A DNA stretch of 63,257 nucleotides, counting the filler, from Licmophora abbreviata (lineage: Eukaryota): assembly GCA_900291995.1 (NCBI GenBank). It is 15 parts of 15 records of this genome, joined end to end, with 100 filler letters (N's around TTAATTAATTAA, not from the genome) between each part and the next. Parts side by side here need not be neighbours in the genome. Positions count along the whole stretch, not along the records: positions 59,885 to 63,257 come from OLMU01005167.1; 14 more parts are not named here. One strand, 5' to 3'. The first letter of the stretch is position 1. Every line of letters starts with the position of its first letter. The notes under the pieces are model-generated. The model made no database searches. It was not told the origin of the DNA and saw nothing but the letters and a program-made list of their open reading frames with translations. Positions 60,636 through 63,257 of this stretch are shown here, piece after piece. A program made the position numbers and the translations under genes.

Positions 60636-61127
60636 GGTCGATGTTCGATGTTGTGATGTTTGCGAGTTGTGAGTTTGTTAGTTGTGAGTTTTGAGTTTTG
60701 AGTTTTTTGACACGGGTTGCGGGCTGCGGGCAGACCCCCGCCCCTTCGGTTTCGAGAAAGAATAGAGAGTGACGTTCTACAGATGTGTCACGAATACCAT
60801 ATTTTACTTTAGAATAGGGAAAAGCACCCGAAAACTCACGACAATGTCACCTGATGGCCAACGGTCATTGGGCAGCAATACAATGAGCACATCCTCAAGA
60901 CGGCATCTTGTATTGAGTCGCATGTCCCTAACTATTTCAAGCGAGCATGACTATTATAAACCTTCATTTATGAGAATGAATTTCGTAGACAAATCCTTCC
61001 ACCAAATTTTCACTCAATCTGGCTCTTGTCGACACAAAGTCAGAGTTACATTTTGACTTACACTTATGGCTAGAAGAGTCAAGATTTACTCTTCAAACGT
61101 TCGAACGACCGCCCTATTCCGTCCACC

Positions 61128-61439
61128 ATGAAGATCATTACCGCCTTGTTGACATTGCTCTTTGCTGTGAGCGTCGCCGTCGCGGTGGACCAGCACCAAA
61201 ACCTGCGTTATTATCAAGAAGACGAGGGCCACCGCGAGCTTGTCGGTTGTGCCTTCCGACCGTGTTTTGGTTTTGACTTTTTCTGTGGGGGCCCGATATG
61301 TCAGAGCCATGGGAGCACGGAGTGCATTGACGGCTTTTGCAATACTCCTCCTACCTCTGCCCCCTCGTCTGCACCGTCGCCCCCACCGACTCCCCGTCCT
61401 ACTCGAGGAGACGACAAGGTTGGAAGCCCAGGGGGTTAA
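61128..61439 (+). CDS. Small secreted Cys-rich protein with Pro/Thr tail
   Basis: Signal peptide, NLR...HREL propeptide-like motif, six Cys, PTSAPS tail. Confidence 0.7.
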   Translation: MKIITALLTLLFAVSVAVAVDQHQNLRYYQEDEGHRELVGCAFRPCFGFDFFCGGPICQSHGSTECIDGFCNTPPTSAPSSAPSPPPTPRPTRGDDKVGSPGG

Positions 61440-61973
61440 GAATACCGATAAGATGACGCCGGTTGAGCCAACTCTTCGCCACAAGAAATCTCAACACTGA
61501 CTCTATACGAATATAAGTCAAAAAGGATGCTTGAGAGACCGGAATGAGACTGGTGGGTATGACTTATTTTATGTTTTAATGCATGGTTGAGAGTTGTTAC
61601 GAACGAAGGAGCTATGATAGCTAGTGGTTCTGAGTCATGAACTGACGCGATGGAACTCGTTGATTCCATGGTGCCAGAGAAAAGATAACTCTTAGTACAT
61701 GAGTGAATTTACGCTGGGAGTAGTACAGTAGTTCTCAATTGGCTGTCTTTCTGACTGCTGTGACATCCATCAGCGTCAAATACGTGGGTCATTTATTCCG
61801 CGAAGTTTTCTAGGTTGCAATCATTCGTGGGTCTCGCTCGCTCAATGAAACAGAACGATTCTTTCGTTTTCTAGTCTGCCTTACTCTACTCGAAAGGAGG
61901 ACCGTGCTCTGAAGTTCGCCGTATCCGATTGATGGCGAATACTGAAAAGTGCGACCCAGCGTTCAACTAGCAT

Positions 61974-63065
61974 TCAAAACGTGTGTCTTGCCATTCGTAG
62001 TTCGCGACATTGGCGGCGGGGCAGGAATCCAACGATAACCATACCAACGACAACCACGCCACCGAACAGACTAGCCGCAGAAAGGGCGTTCGCCGGAGGT
62101 TTCGGAGTAGAAATGAAGTCCACAAGCATTTGTTGTGTCAAATTCAAATCCTGCTTGGTGATATCGTCGAACGACAACTCCATCCAGAGAAAGTCTGTGT
62201 GGGTGCTGAGAAAGCTTCGAACAAAAGAATACCAACCCTCATGCGCATCTCGAAAGCTAGATGGCATTTCTGGAACTTTAGCGGCTGCCAAGTCTTGTTT
62301 GTGCGACTTGCCACCCATTACATGCCAGTCTCCTGTCTGTTCCCCATACCAGTGAGAAGGCCAGCGGTCCTTAACGGGTCGCTCCAATACGACCATTCTC
62401 AGGTCATACGGCAGTAATAGTTTCCATATTTGTGCATGAAACTCGTAGTCCCCGTGGACACGGTCAAGAAACTCTTTCCAGTTAACCCAGCAGTGATTCG
62501 CACACATGCGGCGCCGCTCATGCCCAGATTGTTCAAGATACTCCCGACACTTTCGTTTGGCGGCTCGGAGGACAAAGTGTGCAAGCTGAGCTGGAGAGTT
62601 TCTTTCGGGTACAGGATCTAGACCCAAGAAGGCTCCATCTACAGGCCAGGCGTCCTTAGACATTATCGGGTTGTTGCCGAAAATCTCACTCAATGTTAGG
62701 TGACAAGGAATAGGTTTCAACACATGCGATGTGAGAAATGTGGATGACGATCGCCCCATGGTCATAATTCCAATGAGCGAAACGGGTATATCATCTATTG
62801 GAATAAGACTGACATTTGTGGCTTGAAGGATCGATTCTGGTACGTGTAGGGCCTTCACCCACGATGGTGCCTCCTCTGCCGGTACTAACGAGTTTGCGTG
62901 GGTCTTGTCCTTGACGACGCCGGCGACCTTGTTCCGGACTCTGAGAGAGCCAGCAAGCCCTTCCAGCGGACCAACATCCAAAGGAAGATATCTCAACTGA
63001 ATCGCAAGATTCACAATGGTGAAGATCGTGGTAGCCAGTAGGAAAAGACTATAAGTTCTCGTCAT
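61974..63065 (-). CDS. Sulfotransferase-like P-loop protein with N- and C-terminal TM segments
   Basis: Motifs TMGRSSSTFL, LSEIF, VVLER..KDRWPS and ELSFDDI. Confidence 0.6.
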   Translation of the reverse strand: MTRTYSLFLLATTIFTIVNLAIQLRYLPLDVGPLEGLAGSLRVRNKVAGVVKDKTHANSLVPAEEAPSWVKALHVPESILQATNVSLIPIDDIPVSLIGIMTMGRSSSTFLTSHVLKPIPCHLTLSEIFGNNPIMSKDAWPVDGAFLGLDPVPERNSPAQLAHFVLRAAKRKCREYLEQSGHERRRMCANHCWVNWKEFLDRVHGDYEFHAQIWKLLLPYDLRMVVLERPVKDRWPSHWYGEQTGDWHVMGGKSHKQDLAAAKVPEMPSSFRDAHEGWYSFVRSFLSTHTDFLWMELSFDDITKQDLNLTQQMLVDFISTPKPPANALSAASLFGGVVVVGMVIVGFLPRRQCRELRMARHTF

Positions 63066-63257
63066 TTTTCATCACAGAGCGAGCTTTCCCGGTTGCTGTG
63101 TGATATTTCAAATGAAACGATTTCAATTTTTTCCGGTCGAGAAGGAGCTATAGAGTCGTGGCGGTTGCAATCTGTACCAAGGGTATAATCTTGATGGATG
63201 GCAATTCGTCCAAGATATCAGTTTTACAGTAGGTCTAGACTATCAACTCTGCCAATG

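Overview
This is a gene-dense eukaryotic nuclear scaffold, most likely from a diatom or related stramenopile. The evidence is short GT-AG introns, a candidate ASAFAP-type plastid signal, TPAP-rich secreted proteins and a stramenopile-type RRGKWTxEEE domain. Fourteen artificial 100-bp gap spacers (N44-TTAATTAATTAA-N44) interrupt it, and several genes read straight across them. Five genes carry single-base frameshifts in homopolymer runs, probably sequencing errors. About 30 protein genes are supported: ArgRS, YAK1-like kinase, PI4-kinase, KTI12, UAP56, a secreted His-brace LPMO with chitin-binding modules, FadH, an Asp/Asn hydroxylase, HSP10, two sulfotransferases, a CPBP protease, PGAP1, an ABCG transporter, a desaturase, GRWD1, an SGNH protein, a pectin acetylesterase-like protein, MscS, and a UreD-UreF fusion tail-to-tail with UreG. 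There is also an intron-containing tRNA-Asn(GTT). The most notable observations are the compact UreDF/UreG urease-maturation pair, the modular LPMO, a candidate poison exon in the long UAP56 intron, and the tRNA intron. No CRISPR array or mobile element was recognised. All family calls come from motif recognition by eye; no searches were run.
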